Shown piece by piece: positions 16,537 through 24,241 of a DNA stretch of 24,303 nt (position 1 is the first letter of the stretch; each line of letters begins with the position of its first letter). This stretch comes from Caulobacterales bacterium. GTDB lineage: Bacteria > Pseudomonadota > Alphaproteobacteria > Caulobacterales > Aquidulcibacteraceae. The DNA lies in NCBI GenBank assembly GCA_044356795.1, contig JBIKVO010000001.1, positions 1 to 24,303 of the forward strand, read 5' to 3'. Position numbers and translations under genes: made by a program. The notes beneath the pieces are model-generated. The model was not told the DNA's origin. It did not search any database and worked only from the letters and a program-made list of their open reading frames with translations.

Positions 16537-17460
16537 TCACGGCAGCTGTACGCGCACCACCAAGGGCGCGTGGTCGGATGTATTCCACGGCCCAATGTCA
16601 CACGACACGAGGCGCAGCCGGTCCGATACAAAGGCGTGGTCGATCGCCAAGCCCAACAGGAACAGTGGATCGCGCCATGTTGTTGCGAACGGGGCCCCAC
16701 ACGCCGCACGCCTGAAGCCCGCCGCCCCGAGCGGATTCATCGCTTCTGAATACGCCGTCGTGTTCAGGTCGCCGATGAGCAGCGTGGGCAAAGTTTGGGA
16801 TTTCAGCGCGAGGCCCGCCTTGATAGCCTCGTCGCGTTGCACGGTGCGCTTGGTGCCCCAAGGCGGGCGCGGATGCAGCGCCACAACCCGCAGCCCGTCA
16901 ATATCAGCATAGACGACATCGGAGGGGTTTTCGTATAGCGAGTCCCCAGCCGCGGGGCAGGGCGCGCGTGCCGCGATCATTGTCGTCAAGGGCGTCAACG
17001 GCCCAAGGGGCTGGGTGAAGCAGGCAAAATCAGGAAACTTTGCCCGCACATCGGCTGCGCCATTGATGGTCAATTCGGTCAGCGCGACGATGTCAGCCTG
17101 TTGCGCTTGCGCCAAGGCCGCTATTGCGGTGAGCGCATCGGGGCGCCCTTCAAGATTGGCGAAAATCACCGTCCTTACCGGCACGCCTGCGGCGGCCGGC
17201 TGTTCTGGGGCGACGTATGTCAGATCAATCGCCAACACCGCGATATTGACCAATGCTGTCGCGCAAGCGACCAGCGCTGTCCAGCGCGACCGGCCGATCA
17301 ACGCCACGATCAAAACCAGGATCGCTGCTGCCGCAAACTGCGCCCGGAAATGCGACAGGATTTCGAACGGCTGCTGCGCATGCCCGTAAAAGGCGCCCGC
17401 TGTCAGGGCCGCCAGAAACAGCGTTGCCGTAATCAGGCTGTAGCGGAGAATATCAGGCAT
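16537..17460 (-). CDS. Endonuclease/exonuclease/phosphatase (EEP) family protein with N-terminal TM segments
   Basis: FEILSHFR, ALTE, GDLNT, IDHAFVS, SDHAP; hydrophobic N-terminus. Confidence 0.88.
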   Translation of the reverse strand: MPDILRYSLITATLFLAALTAGAFYGHAQQPFEILSHFRAQFAAAAILVLIVALIGRSRWTALVACATALVNIAVLAIDLTYVAPEQPAAAGVPVRTVIFANLEGRPDALTAIAALAQAQQADIVALTELTINGAADVRAKFPDFACFTQPLGPLTPLTTMIAARAPCPAAGDSLYENPSDVVYADIDGLRVVALHPRPPWGTKRTVQRDEAIKAGLALKSQTLPTLLIGDLNTTAYSEAMNPLGAAGFRRAACGAPFATTWRDPLFLLGLAIDHAFVSDRLRLVSCDIGPWNTSDHAPLVVRVQLP

Positions 17461-17469
17461 GGATCCTGC

Positions 17470-18081
17470 TTATGCGGCGACGGCCTTTTGATAGGCCTCA
17501 CGGCTGGACAGCCGCTGCCAGTATTTCTGAACATCGTCCGGGGCTTCCACCAGAAGATTGAACAGCGCCGCCAAGTGCAGCGCATAGCCCACCATGACAT
17601 CAGCGGCGGTGAAATCATGGCCAAGCAGATAGCCTTCCTCACCCAAAGTACGATCCAGCACTTTCATCCGCTCACGGAAGATTTCGGTGGCCTCGCCCGC
17701 AATCATTGCGATGCGTTTTTCGGGCGGGCGCATCACGGTGTGCTGGGCGAGCGACGCCAGCGGCGGCGTCAATGTCGCTTCGCCGGCATGGATCCATTGC
17801 AGATAGGCGGGGTAATCGGGATCGCCCAGCACGCGCTTGAACGGCGCCTTGCCGTAGCGCTCGGTGAGATATTGGCAGATCGCGCCGCTCTCGCTCATGC
17901 GCACGCCGCCGTCTTCGATGGCGGGCAGTGCGCCGAACGGATTGATCGTGAGATATTCGTCGCTGCGCAGCGCGCCCGGTGAGAAGGGCAGGTGCTTGAT
18001 CTCGTGCGCAACGCCCAGCTCTTCGACCAGCCAAACGACGCGCAAGGATCGGGTGTGCTTGGCGTGGTAGATCTTCAACAT
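17470..18081 (-). CDS. Glutathione S-transferase family protein
   Basis: TRSLRVVWLVEELG, INPFGALPAIED, SESGAICQYL, FTAADVM. Start placed at ATG 18081. Confidence 0.93.
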   Translation of the reverse strand: MLKIYHAKHTRSLRVVWLVEELGVAHEIKHLPFSPGALRSDEYLTINPFGALPAIEDGGVRMSESGAICQYLTERYGKAPFKRVLGDPDYPAYLQWIHAGEATLTPPLASLAQHTVMRPPEKRIAMIAGEATEIFRERMKVLDRTLGEEGYLLGHDFTAADVMVGYALHLAALFNLLVEAPDDVQKYWQRLSSREAYQKAVAA

Positions 18082-18170
18082 GCAGCGGGCCTCCCAGTTC
18101 GGACGCTTTGTCCTGTCAGGGGAGCAGGGCGGGGTCAAGCGCGCCTCCCGCCGCCGCGCGCGCCATCGGG

Positions 18171-18266
18171 CCGCAGTCATCCCAAACAGGCCGCAGACCT
18201 GATTGGGGGGGCTCACGCGCTAGGCTTCGACCTGAATGCCTTCGCTGCGCTAGGCTTCAGAATGAC
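18171..18266. repeat. Two-hairpin GTCAT...ATGAC palindromic intergenic element
   Basis: GTCATCCCAA-ACAGG-N7-CCTG-ATTGGG ... CCTGAATGCC-N12-GGCTTCAGAATGAC, with an internal direct repeat GCGCTAGGCTTC at 18217 and 18247. Related to 11777-11880. Confidence 0.68.
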
Positions 18267-18291
18267 TTTTGGCAAGCGATCGCGAATGCCC

Positions 18292-18798
18292 TCAAACCGC
18301 CGCGATCTCCACCGCATCGCCGGGTTGGGCGGCCGCCAGCGCCGCCAGCATTGTCTTCAGCGAAACCGCCACGCACCCTTCAGTGGGCCGCCAGTCGGGC
18401 TGGGCCAAATGCCAAAAGATCGCGCTGCCGGCGCCGGGAACCGCGGGGTCGTCGTTATGGCCGAGGATCACCACCACGTCATAGGCGTGGTCGTCCCGCC
18501 ACATCCGTTCGGCGCTGGCGGGGTAGGGCAGGGTGACGGGGCGATTGTAAGCGGCATCGTCAGCGGCGTCGCACCAGCCATCTGCAGGCGCGATGGCCTG
18601 CACGGGCAAGGCGGTTTGCGGCGGGGCGAGACGGTCCGGCCGGAATAAAACCCGCCGGATCGGCCACACGCCAATGGGGCTGGCGCCATCGCCCTCGCGC
18701 TTCTCGGCCGCAGGGCGGACGCCACCCTTGCCAAGAACACACCGGGTTGTGATCTTTCCGTAATGGAATTCACCCGCTGGGGAGGCGCGAAAAATCAT
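18292..18798 (-). CDS. L,D-transpeptidase (YkuD) family protein
   Basis: KREGDGASPIG, WCD, GSAIFWH...TEGCVA (catalytic His and Cys). Confidence 0.9.
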   Translation of the reverse strand: MIFRASPAGEFHYGKITTRCVLGKGGVRPAAEKREGDGASPIGVWPIRRVLFRPDRLAPPQTALPVQAIAPADGWCDAADDAAYNRPVTLPYPASAERMWRDDHAYDVVVILGHNDDPAVPGAGSAIFWHLAQPDWRPTEGCVAVSLKTMLAALAAAQPGDAVEIAAV

Positions 18799-18855
18799 TT
18801 GGGCTCCCTACATCACGTCGATACGGCAGTCCAAAGCTTCCAGAGGGTTTCTCAT

Positions 18856-19545
18856 ATGTCCCCCCGCAAAACCGTGGTCCTGATCATCGACGACGACCAA
18901 TTATTGCGCCAGGAGCTGGCCGAGCAGCTGGAGGATCAGGGCGATCTTGTCGCCGAACAGGCCGGAACGCTGGCGGAAGGCCGGGCGATTGCGGCGGAGG
19001 GCCGGGCCGGCCTGATCATCCTCGATGTCGAGTTGCCGGACGGCGACGGCCGCCAGTTTGCAGGCGTACTGCGCGATGATGGGGTCAGCGCCCCGATCAT
19101 CATGTTGACCGGCCGCACCCGCGAAGAAGACACCATCATGGCGCTGGATCGCGGCGCCAATGACTATGTGGAAAAGCCGTTCAAGTTTAACGTCTTGCTG
19201 GCCCGCATCCGGGCGCATCTGCGCAGCCATGAGGCCAGCGAAGACGCGGTGTTCAAGATTGGCCCCTATGATTTCCGCCCCGGCGCCAAGACCTTGACCG
19301 ATGCCACCGGAAAGCGCGTGCGTCTCACCGACAAGGAAACCGCGATCCTGAAATATCTGTATCGGTCAGGGCCGAAGGCTGTCGGCCGGGACGAGTTGTT
19401 GAAGGAGGTGTGGGGCTACAACGCCGCCGTTACCACGCACACACTGGAAACCCACATCTATCGCCTGCGTCAAAAGATCGAGACGGACGCGCAATTGCCG
19501 CGCCTGCTGCTGACCGAAACCGGCGGCTATCGGCTGCAGCCGTGA
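18856..19545 (+). CDS. cenR: OmpR-family response regulator, probable CenR orthologue
   Basis: Receiver domain (IIDDD; LDVELPD phospho-Asp; KPF) and winged helix EVWGYNAAVTTHTLETHIYRLRQKIE. LAEQL, SHEASEDAVFKIGPY and the divergent L,D-transpeptidase fit CenR as I recall it. The family call is more certain than the symbol. Confidence 0.85.
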   Translation: MSPRKTVVLIIDDDQLLRQELAEQLEDQGDLVAEQAGTLAEGRAIAAEGRAGLIILDVELPDGDGRQFAGVLRDDGVSAPIIMLTGRTREEDTIMALDRGANDYVEKPFKFNVLLARIRAHLRSHEASEDAVFKIGPYDFRPGAKTLTDATGKRVRLTDKETAILKYLYRSGPKAVGRDELLKEVWGYNAAVTTHTLETHIYRLRQKIETDAQLPRLLLTETGGYRLQP

Positions 19546-20096
19546 GGGCCTGGCTCGGCGCCGTTTTCGCGTTGCTGACGCTGCTGGCGTTGCCGGCTTG
19601 CGCGCTGCAGCCGTCGGGGAGGGTTGCTGGGGCGGCGCCATTGACGGCGGTGGGCCAGGTCGACCTCGATCGCTATCTGGGCCGCTGGTATGAATTTGCG
19701 CGCCTGCCCAATTGGTTTGAGCGCGATTGCCATGGCGTCACGGCCGAGTATGCCCGCAAGCCGAACGGTGAGATTGCGGTGGTGAATACCTGCCGCAAAG
19801 GCGCGCCCGATGGCCCCGTCGATCGCGTCGAGGGCAAGGCGCAGGTGGTCGATGCCGCCAGCAACGCCAAGCTGCGGGTGGCGTTCTTCTGGGAATTCTG
19901 GGCGCCATATTGGGTGCTTGAACTTGATCCGGACTATCGCTGGGCGATCGTGGGCGAGCCGTCGGGCCGGTATTTCTGGATTTTGACGCGCGACGCCGTG
20001 CCATCTGAAGCGTTGCGGGCGGATCTTTTGGCCCGGGCGGCCCGGCTTGGCTATGACGTGACGAAGCTGGAATTTCCGCGCCAGCCGCCGGTGTGA
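19542..20096 (+). CDS. blc: Outer-membrane lipocalin (Blc family) lipoprotein
   Basis: Lipobox LPAC; VDLDRYLGRWYEFARLP; YWVLELDPDYRWAIVG; WILTR. GTG 19542 overlaps the regulator's stop. Confidence 0.92.
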   Translation: MRAWLGAVFALLTLLALPACALQPSGRVAGAAPLTAVGQVDLDRYLGRWYEFARLPNWFERDCHGVTAEYARKPNGEIAVVNTCRKGAPDGPVDRVEGKAQVVDAASNAKLRVAFFWEFWAPYWVLELDPDYRWAIVGEPSGRYFWILTRDAVPSEALRADLLARAARLGYDVTKLEFPRQPPV

Positions 20097-20123
20097 GTGG
20101 CGAGTCATGCTATCTGGCAGGCC

Positions 20124-21200
20124 ATGAGCAATTCACCCCCGCAAAAGCCCATGGCCAGCCCGCTGACCCTGATCGAGGACGAAGACACCGGAGACCGGCT
20201 GTTGGTTTATGTCGGCCAGGACGGGGCGGAACTGGAAATCCAGACTGCCGGGGAGGAGCCCTGGTTCACTCAAAAGCAGCTGGCTGACATTTTCGGCGTT
20301 TCAAAACAGTCAATTAGCGACCATGTCAAAAAGTTCGTCGCCGATGGCGAGTTGGCGGAGGAAGGAGTTGTCCGGGAATTCCGGACAACTGCCGCCGACG
20401 GCAAAGCCTATCAGGTGAAGCACTACACCCTAGATGTAGCGATGTATGTCGGTTACCGGGTCAATAGCGCGCAGGGTGTGCTGTTCCGCAAATGGGCGAC
20501 GCGAGTGTTGACGGCCTTCGCCACGCAAGGTTTTGCGATCAATAAGCGCCGCCTGAAAGACCCCGAGGCGTTTGATCGGCTGCGGGCGCTGCGCGACACC
20601 ATCAATGAAATACGCGCCAGCGACGGGCCGCTGTATGCCGAACTGCGCCGCATCTGCGCCTTGTGCCAGGATTATGATCCATCCAGCCCCGCCGCGCGGG
20701 AGTTCTATGCCCGCATGCGCGCCAAGCTCTGTTATGCGGTAACGTCGGCCACACCGTCGATGATCGTCGCGCAACGCGCTGACGCGGCGGCGCCGAACAT
20801 GGGCATGCTGTCCTGGGCGCGAGAAGAGCCGCTGCAGGCCGACGCGGTTAACGCGTCATCCTATCTCGCCGAGGCGGAGTTGCGAGAATTGAGCAATCTC
20901 ACGGTGATATTGCTCGACGTGATTTCTGACCAGTTGGAGCTTGGGCGCCTGACCTTGATGGGCGACGCCATGGGCCTTGTGGATGCGCAGTTGAAGCTGC
21001 TCGGCCGGCCTGTTTTGGGCCATGGCGGTTTGGTGTCAGCGGATCGCGCCGAGGCCCATGCGAAGGCGCAATACAAGCAATTCGACGCCCAGCGCAAAGC
21101 GGCCCGGAGGCTGGCGGCCGACCGCGAGATCGCGCTGCTGATCGATGAGAGCAAAACCCTTCCCAAGCCGCCGCGCCGGGCGCGCAAGCCTAAGGCTTGA
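20124..21200 (+). CDS. RhuM-family ('virulence RhuM') protein
   Basis: WFTQKQLADIFGVSKQSISDH, GEL...FRTTAADGK.Y...Y.LD...VGYRVNS..G..FRKWAT, QGFAIN..RL. The start is ambiguous (GTG 20097, ATG 20124 or ATG 20151). Confidence 0.88.
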   Translation: MSNSPPQKPMASPLTLIEDEDTGDRLLVYVGQDGAELEIQTAGEEPWFTQKQLADIFGVSKQSISDHVKKFVADGELAEEGVVREFRTTAADGKAYQVKHYTLDVAMYVGYRVNSAQGVLFRKWATRVLTAFATQGFAINKRRLKDPEAFDRLRALRDTINEIRASDGPLYAELRRICALCQDYDPSSPAAREFYARMRAKLCYAVTSATPSMIVAQRADAAAPNMGMLSWAREEPLQADAVNASSYLAEAELRELSNLTVILLDVISDQLELGRLTLMGDAMGLVDAQLKLLGRPVLGHGGLVSADRAEAHAKAQYKQFDAQRKAARRLAADREIALLIDESKTLPKPPRRARKPKA

Positions 21201-21350
21201 AGAACACCCGACCGCTTTCAAAAAAGCGGCGCCACGCAGCAGTAGCGGAGGGGGAGATGGGCAATCCTCCCCGCGATAGCCGATTGCGCGGCCGCCGCGG
21301 AATGCGGCGCGAAGACGCCCTATTCGCAAAATTGGTGGTACATTGCGGTC

Positions 21351-21917
21351 ATGTCCTTGCGCTTGTTTGCCTGCCTCGACCTGCCGCCCGACATCGCCGA
21401 CCAGCTGGTGCGCCTTCAACGCGGCTTGGCCGGCGCGTCTTGGCGGCCCGTGGAAAATCTGCACGTCACGTTGCGCTTTTTCGGCGACACGCCGGAACCG
21501 GTCGCGGACGATCTGGACGCCGCCCTTGACGCGGTCGGGCAGGGGATGGCGCCTTTCACGCTGAAGCTGAAAGGGGCCGATTGGTTCGGCAAGGACGAGC
21601 CGCACACGCTGTTCATCGGCGTGGCGGAGCCAACGGCCCTGATACAGCTGGCGTCCGCGTGCGAGCGGGCGGCGCGGTCTGTCGGCCTCAAGCCGGAAAC
21701 GCGGAAATACCTTCCCCACGTTACACTCGCCTATCTCAACGGCGCGGCGCCCGTGGATCGCGTGCACGCGTTTTGCCGCCGGCTTGCCCTGTTCGAAAGC
21801 CGGCCATTCAGCGTGCAGGGCTTTTATCTGTGGTCTAGCCTTTTGCGATCGGGCGGGCCGTCTGTGTATCGCGAGGAGGCGGTGTATCCCCTGCTGGGCG
21901 GGCCGCCGGCGGGGTAG
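21351..21917 (+). CDS. thpR: RNA 2',3'-cyclic phosphodiesterase (2H family)
   Basis: MxLRLFAxL start; two HxT motifs (LHVTLRFFG, PHVTLAY). Confidence 0.92.
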   Translation: MSLRLFACLDLPPDIADQLVRLQRGLAGASWRPVENLHVTLRFFGDTPEPVADDLDAALDAVGQGMAPFTLKLKGADWFGKDEPHTLFIGVAEPTALIQLASACERAARSVGLKPETRKYLPHVTLAYLNGAAPVDRVHAFCRRLALFESRPFSVQGFYLWSSLLRSGGPSVYREEAVYPLLGGPPAG

Positions 21918-21922
21918 GGCGG

Positions 21923-22015
21923 TTATTCGGGCGCCGATGCGAACGCGACGCCGTCATACACGTCCGCCATGGCGAGACGCAGGTCCAGCAGCGGTAATTC
22001 CAGCGCGGGAATCAC
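21923..22015 (-). pseudogene. 30-codon remnant resembling a Uma2-family C-terminus
   Basis: (M)IPALELPLLDLRLAMADVYDGVAFASAPE*. LELPxLxLxLxMADVYxGV resembles Uma2 C-termini as I recall them. The GTG overlaps the secB stop (GTGA). Confidence 0.55.
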
Positions 22016-22503
22016 CCCACCGGCTGCACGCCGCCGCCTTTGCGTTCTTCGAGCTGCGCCCTGTAAAGCGCGGCGAAATCGATCGGGTCGATCAGCAGCG
22101 GCGGATACCCGCCCTCGCGCGTCACTTCCGCCAGAAGGCGGCGCGAGAAGGGGAACAATAGCCGCGGGCATTCGATCAGCAGCAGCGGCTCCATATCGGC
22201 CTGCGGCACATTCACGAATTGGAACACGCCAGAATAGACCAACTCGGTGATGAACATCACGTCGTCGCCGCGGGTGGCTTTGGCGGCGATCCGCAGATCA
22301 ACCTCGAATGCCTCGCCATCGCCGAGCGGCCGGGCGTTCACATCGATGCCCATATCGATCGCCGGGGCGGCTTCGGCGCCGCGAACGCCGGCTGCGGCGG
22401 TCGGGTTTTCGAAGGAGAGGTCTTTCACATACTGGGCCAAAACCCGCATATGGGGGGCGTCGGAGCCCGTTTGGCCGCCATCCGGCGGGACCGCTGTGGT
22501 CAT
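22012..22503 (-). CDS. secB: Protein-export chaperone SecB
   Basis: LAQYVKDLSFENP, ELVYSGVF, LLIECPRLLFPFSR, PPLLIDPIDFAALY. Start placed at ATG 22503. Confidence 0.96.
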   Translation of the reverse strand: MTTAVPPDGGQTGSDAPHMRVLAQYVKDLSFENPTAAAGVRGAEAAPAIDMGIDVNARPLGDGEAFEVDLRIAAKATRGDDVMFITELVYSGVFQFVNVPQADMEPLLLIECPRLLFPFSRRLLAEVTREGGYPPLLIDPIDFAALYRAQLEERKGGGVQPVG

Positions 22504-22740
22504 GAGGAAACCTGCCCTGGTACTGATTGGGGGTTGATGATGGGGTTTCGCCGCTAACACGCGCCGGGCCCCGCCTGCAACGGATCAGAGGCAATCTCGG
22601 GTCGGCGCTCACAGCAGTGTCACGGCCCCGGGCCACGCGCACACTGGCGCCGGTTGTGCACGTGCACTATCTTGAGCGCGAACTTCCCGGCCAAAAGGCG
22701 TTCGCGCCAAGGCCTCGCGCCAAAAGTGGAGCGCACAACC

Positions 22741-23337
22741 GTGAACGCGCAATGGATCGAAGTGTTGATTTTGGCGGGCGTCGCCTTGTTGGTGCTGGCG
22801 CGGTTGTATGCGGTCCTGGGCAAACGCACCGGATCTGAACGCCCAGCCGCCCAACGCACCACCGCGCCGGCAGAAGCCCCGCCGATGGCGGCCTCGCCAT
22901 CCGTCAAGACGCAACCTACCTTTGCTGGCCCGGCCGGCGATGGGGTCGATGCGATCATGGCCGCCGATCCGTCGTTTGATCCGGGCCAATTCCTGGGCGG
23001 CGCCCGGGCGGCCTATGAAATGATTGTCCAAGCCTTTTCCTCTGGCGATAAGGCCACCCTGCGAGACTTGCTGACAGACCGGGTCTTCGCCAGCTATACC
23101 GCAGCGATTGATCAACGCGCGGCTGGCGGCCCGGGGCCTGAGCTTGTCCGGCTGCGCAATGCCGAGATCGTGGACGCCCGTCTGGATGGGGATGTGGCGA
23201 AGATTGCGGTGCGGTTTGAGGCCGAATTGGCGGAAGGGGCTCACGGCCTGCGCGACACTCGCGAGAAGTGGACGTTCGAGCGCGACGTGCGCGCGCGCGA
23301 TCCAAACTGGCGTTTGTCTGGCGTCGCGCAGGCTTAA
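22741..23337 (+). CDS. Tim44/TimA-family protein
   Basis: N-terminal TM followed by LGKRTG; FDPGQFLGGARAAYEMIVQAF; WTFER...DPNWRL. GTG 22741 follows GGAG. Confidence 0.9.
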   Translation: MNAQWIEVLILAGVALLVLARLYAVLGKRTGSERPAAQRTTAPAEAPPMAASPSVKTQPTFAGPAGDGVDAIMAADPSFDPGQFLGGARAAYEMIVQAFSSGDKATLRDLLTDRVFASYTAAIDQRAAGGPGPELVRLRNAEIVDARLDGDVAKIAVRFEAELAEGAHGLRDTREKWTFERDVRARDPNWRLSGVAQA

Positions 23338-23361
23338 GCGTGGGCGCGAGGGGGGGATTTC

Positions 23362-23967
23362 GTGTCGTCGACGCGCCGCCCGCGCGGTCTTTCCGCTGAA
23401 GATTCAGCGCTCTGGGCGGAAGTCGCCCGGACGGTTCGGCCCATTCGTCGCCAGCGCGCTATTGTCGTGCCTGCGGATGTGGCGGGTATGCCCCCGGCAG
23501 AGAATGCAGCGTTGACGCCGCCAGCCCCGTCGCCGCTTGCTGCGGCCCGGATAACCTCGACGCCGCCGGCAGCGGGTCCGCGCATCACCATCCAGCGCGC
23601 AACGATGCCAGCCCCGGCCGACCGAAGCGGCGAGCGCCGCGTCCGCCGCGGTCAGGTGGCTATCGATGGCAAGCTTGATCTGCACGGCTACACCCAGGAT
23701 CGGGCCTTTGCGGTGCTGACACATTTTCTGTTCGCCGCGCACGTCCGCGGCGCGCCGGCTGTCTTGGTGGTGACGGGGAAGGGCGGGCGCTTCAGCGACG
23801 GTGAAGCCGCACCCGGCGTGCTGAAGCGGCGGCTGCCGGACTGGCTGGCCAGCCCCGGCCTGCGGCCGATCGTGTCCGGCATGGCGCCTGCGCATCGCCG
23901 CCATGGCGGGGCCGGGGCCAGCTATGTGTTTCTGCGCCGCGTGCGACCCATGGACGATCCCGCCTGA
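23362..23967 (+). CDS. Smr/MutS2 C-terminal-domain endonuclease family protein
   Basis: N-terminal LSAEDSALWAEVAR, LDLHG, LVVTGKG, HGGAGASYV. Confidence 0.92.
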   Translation: MSSTRRPRGLSAEDSALWAEVARTVRPIRRQRAIVVPADVAGMPPAENAALTPPAPSPLAAARITSTPPAAGPRITIQRATMPAPADRSGERRVRRGQVAIDGKLDLHGYTQDRAFAVLTHFLFAAHVRGAPAVLVVTGKGGRFSDGEAAPGVLKRRLPDWLASPGLRPIVSGMAPAHRRHGGAGASYVFLRRVRPMDDPA

Positions 23968-24000
23968 TATCGATCAGTGCGGTGCAGCAACGATTCTCCC

Positions 24001-24030
24001 TTGACGGATGTGCCGGCCCCATGTGTTAAT
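24001..24030 (+). promoter_or_regulatory. Putative sigma70 promoter
   Basis: TTGACG (24001-24006), 18-bp spacer, GTTAAT (24025-24030) preceded by an extended -10 TGn; intergenic. Confidence 0.5.
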
Positions 24031-24038
24031 CCGAACAC

Positions 24039-24230
24039 GGAAAGACATGGCGATTGCTTGGCGCCACATCCAAGAAAGACTTGGGGCCATTTTCGAGGCG
24101 CCAAACCCGCAAACGACGGTCTTTCCTCACTCAAGCATGCCGTCATCTTTACCAATCGGATGACAATGCTTGAGCGTGACGAAACTGAGCAGATGGGTAT
24201 TGCCCTTGCCGCTGTGGATACAGAGGCAAG
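24039..24230 (+). ncRNA. Candidate structured RNA or leader of unknown family
   Basis: Helices: GGAAAGAC/GTCTTTCC, TTGGCGCC/GGCGCCAA, CCAAG/CTTGG, CTCAAGCAT/ATGCTTGAG with inner GTCATC/GATGAC, and CTTGCC/GGCAAG with inner CTGT/ACAG. It starts about 9 nt after the putative -10. Confidence 0.4.
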
Positions 24231-24241
24231 ACTACGAACTT

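Noticed and set aside
21225-21275. Possible degenerate second copy of the CIR-like element after rhuM (GGCGCC...GGAGGGGGAG...CTCCCC)
   Set aside because: Similarity to 13658-13766 is short and low-complexity, and terminal IRs are not recoverable.
24117-24128. Minus-strand GAGGAAAGACCG resembling the RNase P RNA signature GAGGAAAGUCC
   Set aside because: One mismatch in a highly conserved motif, and no other RNase P conserved regions are present.
24157-24186. Hammerhead-like CGGATGA...GACGAAAC
   Set aside because: The core has G in place of the conserved U, the stem II closing pair is C-C, and stems I and III cannot form.
24213-24221. DnaA-box-like TGTGGATAC (8/9) near GATC-containing repeats, suggesting oriC
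   Set aside because: A single imperfect box, GC-rich repeats and no AT-rich unwinding element; insufficient for an origin call.
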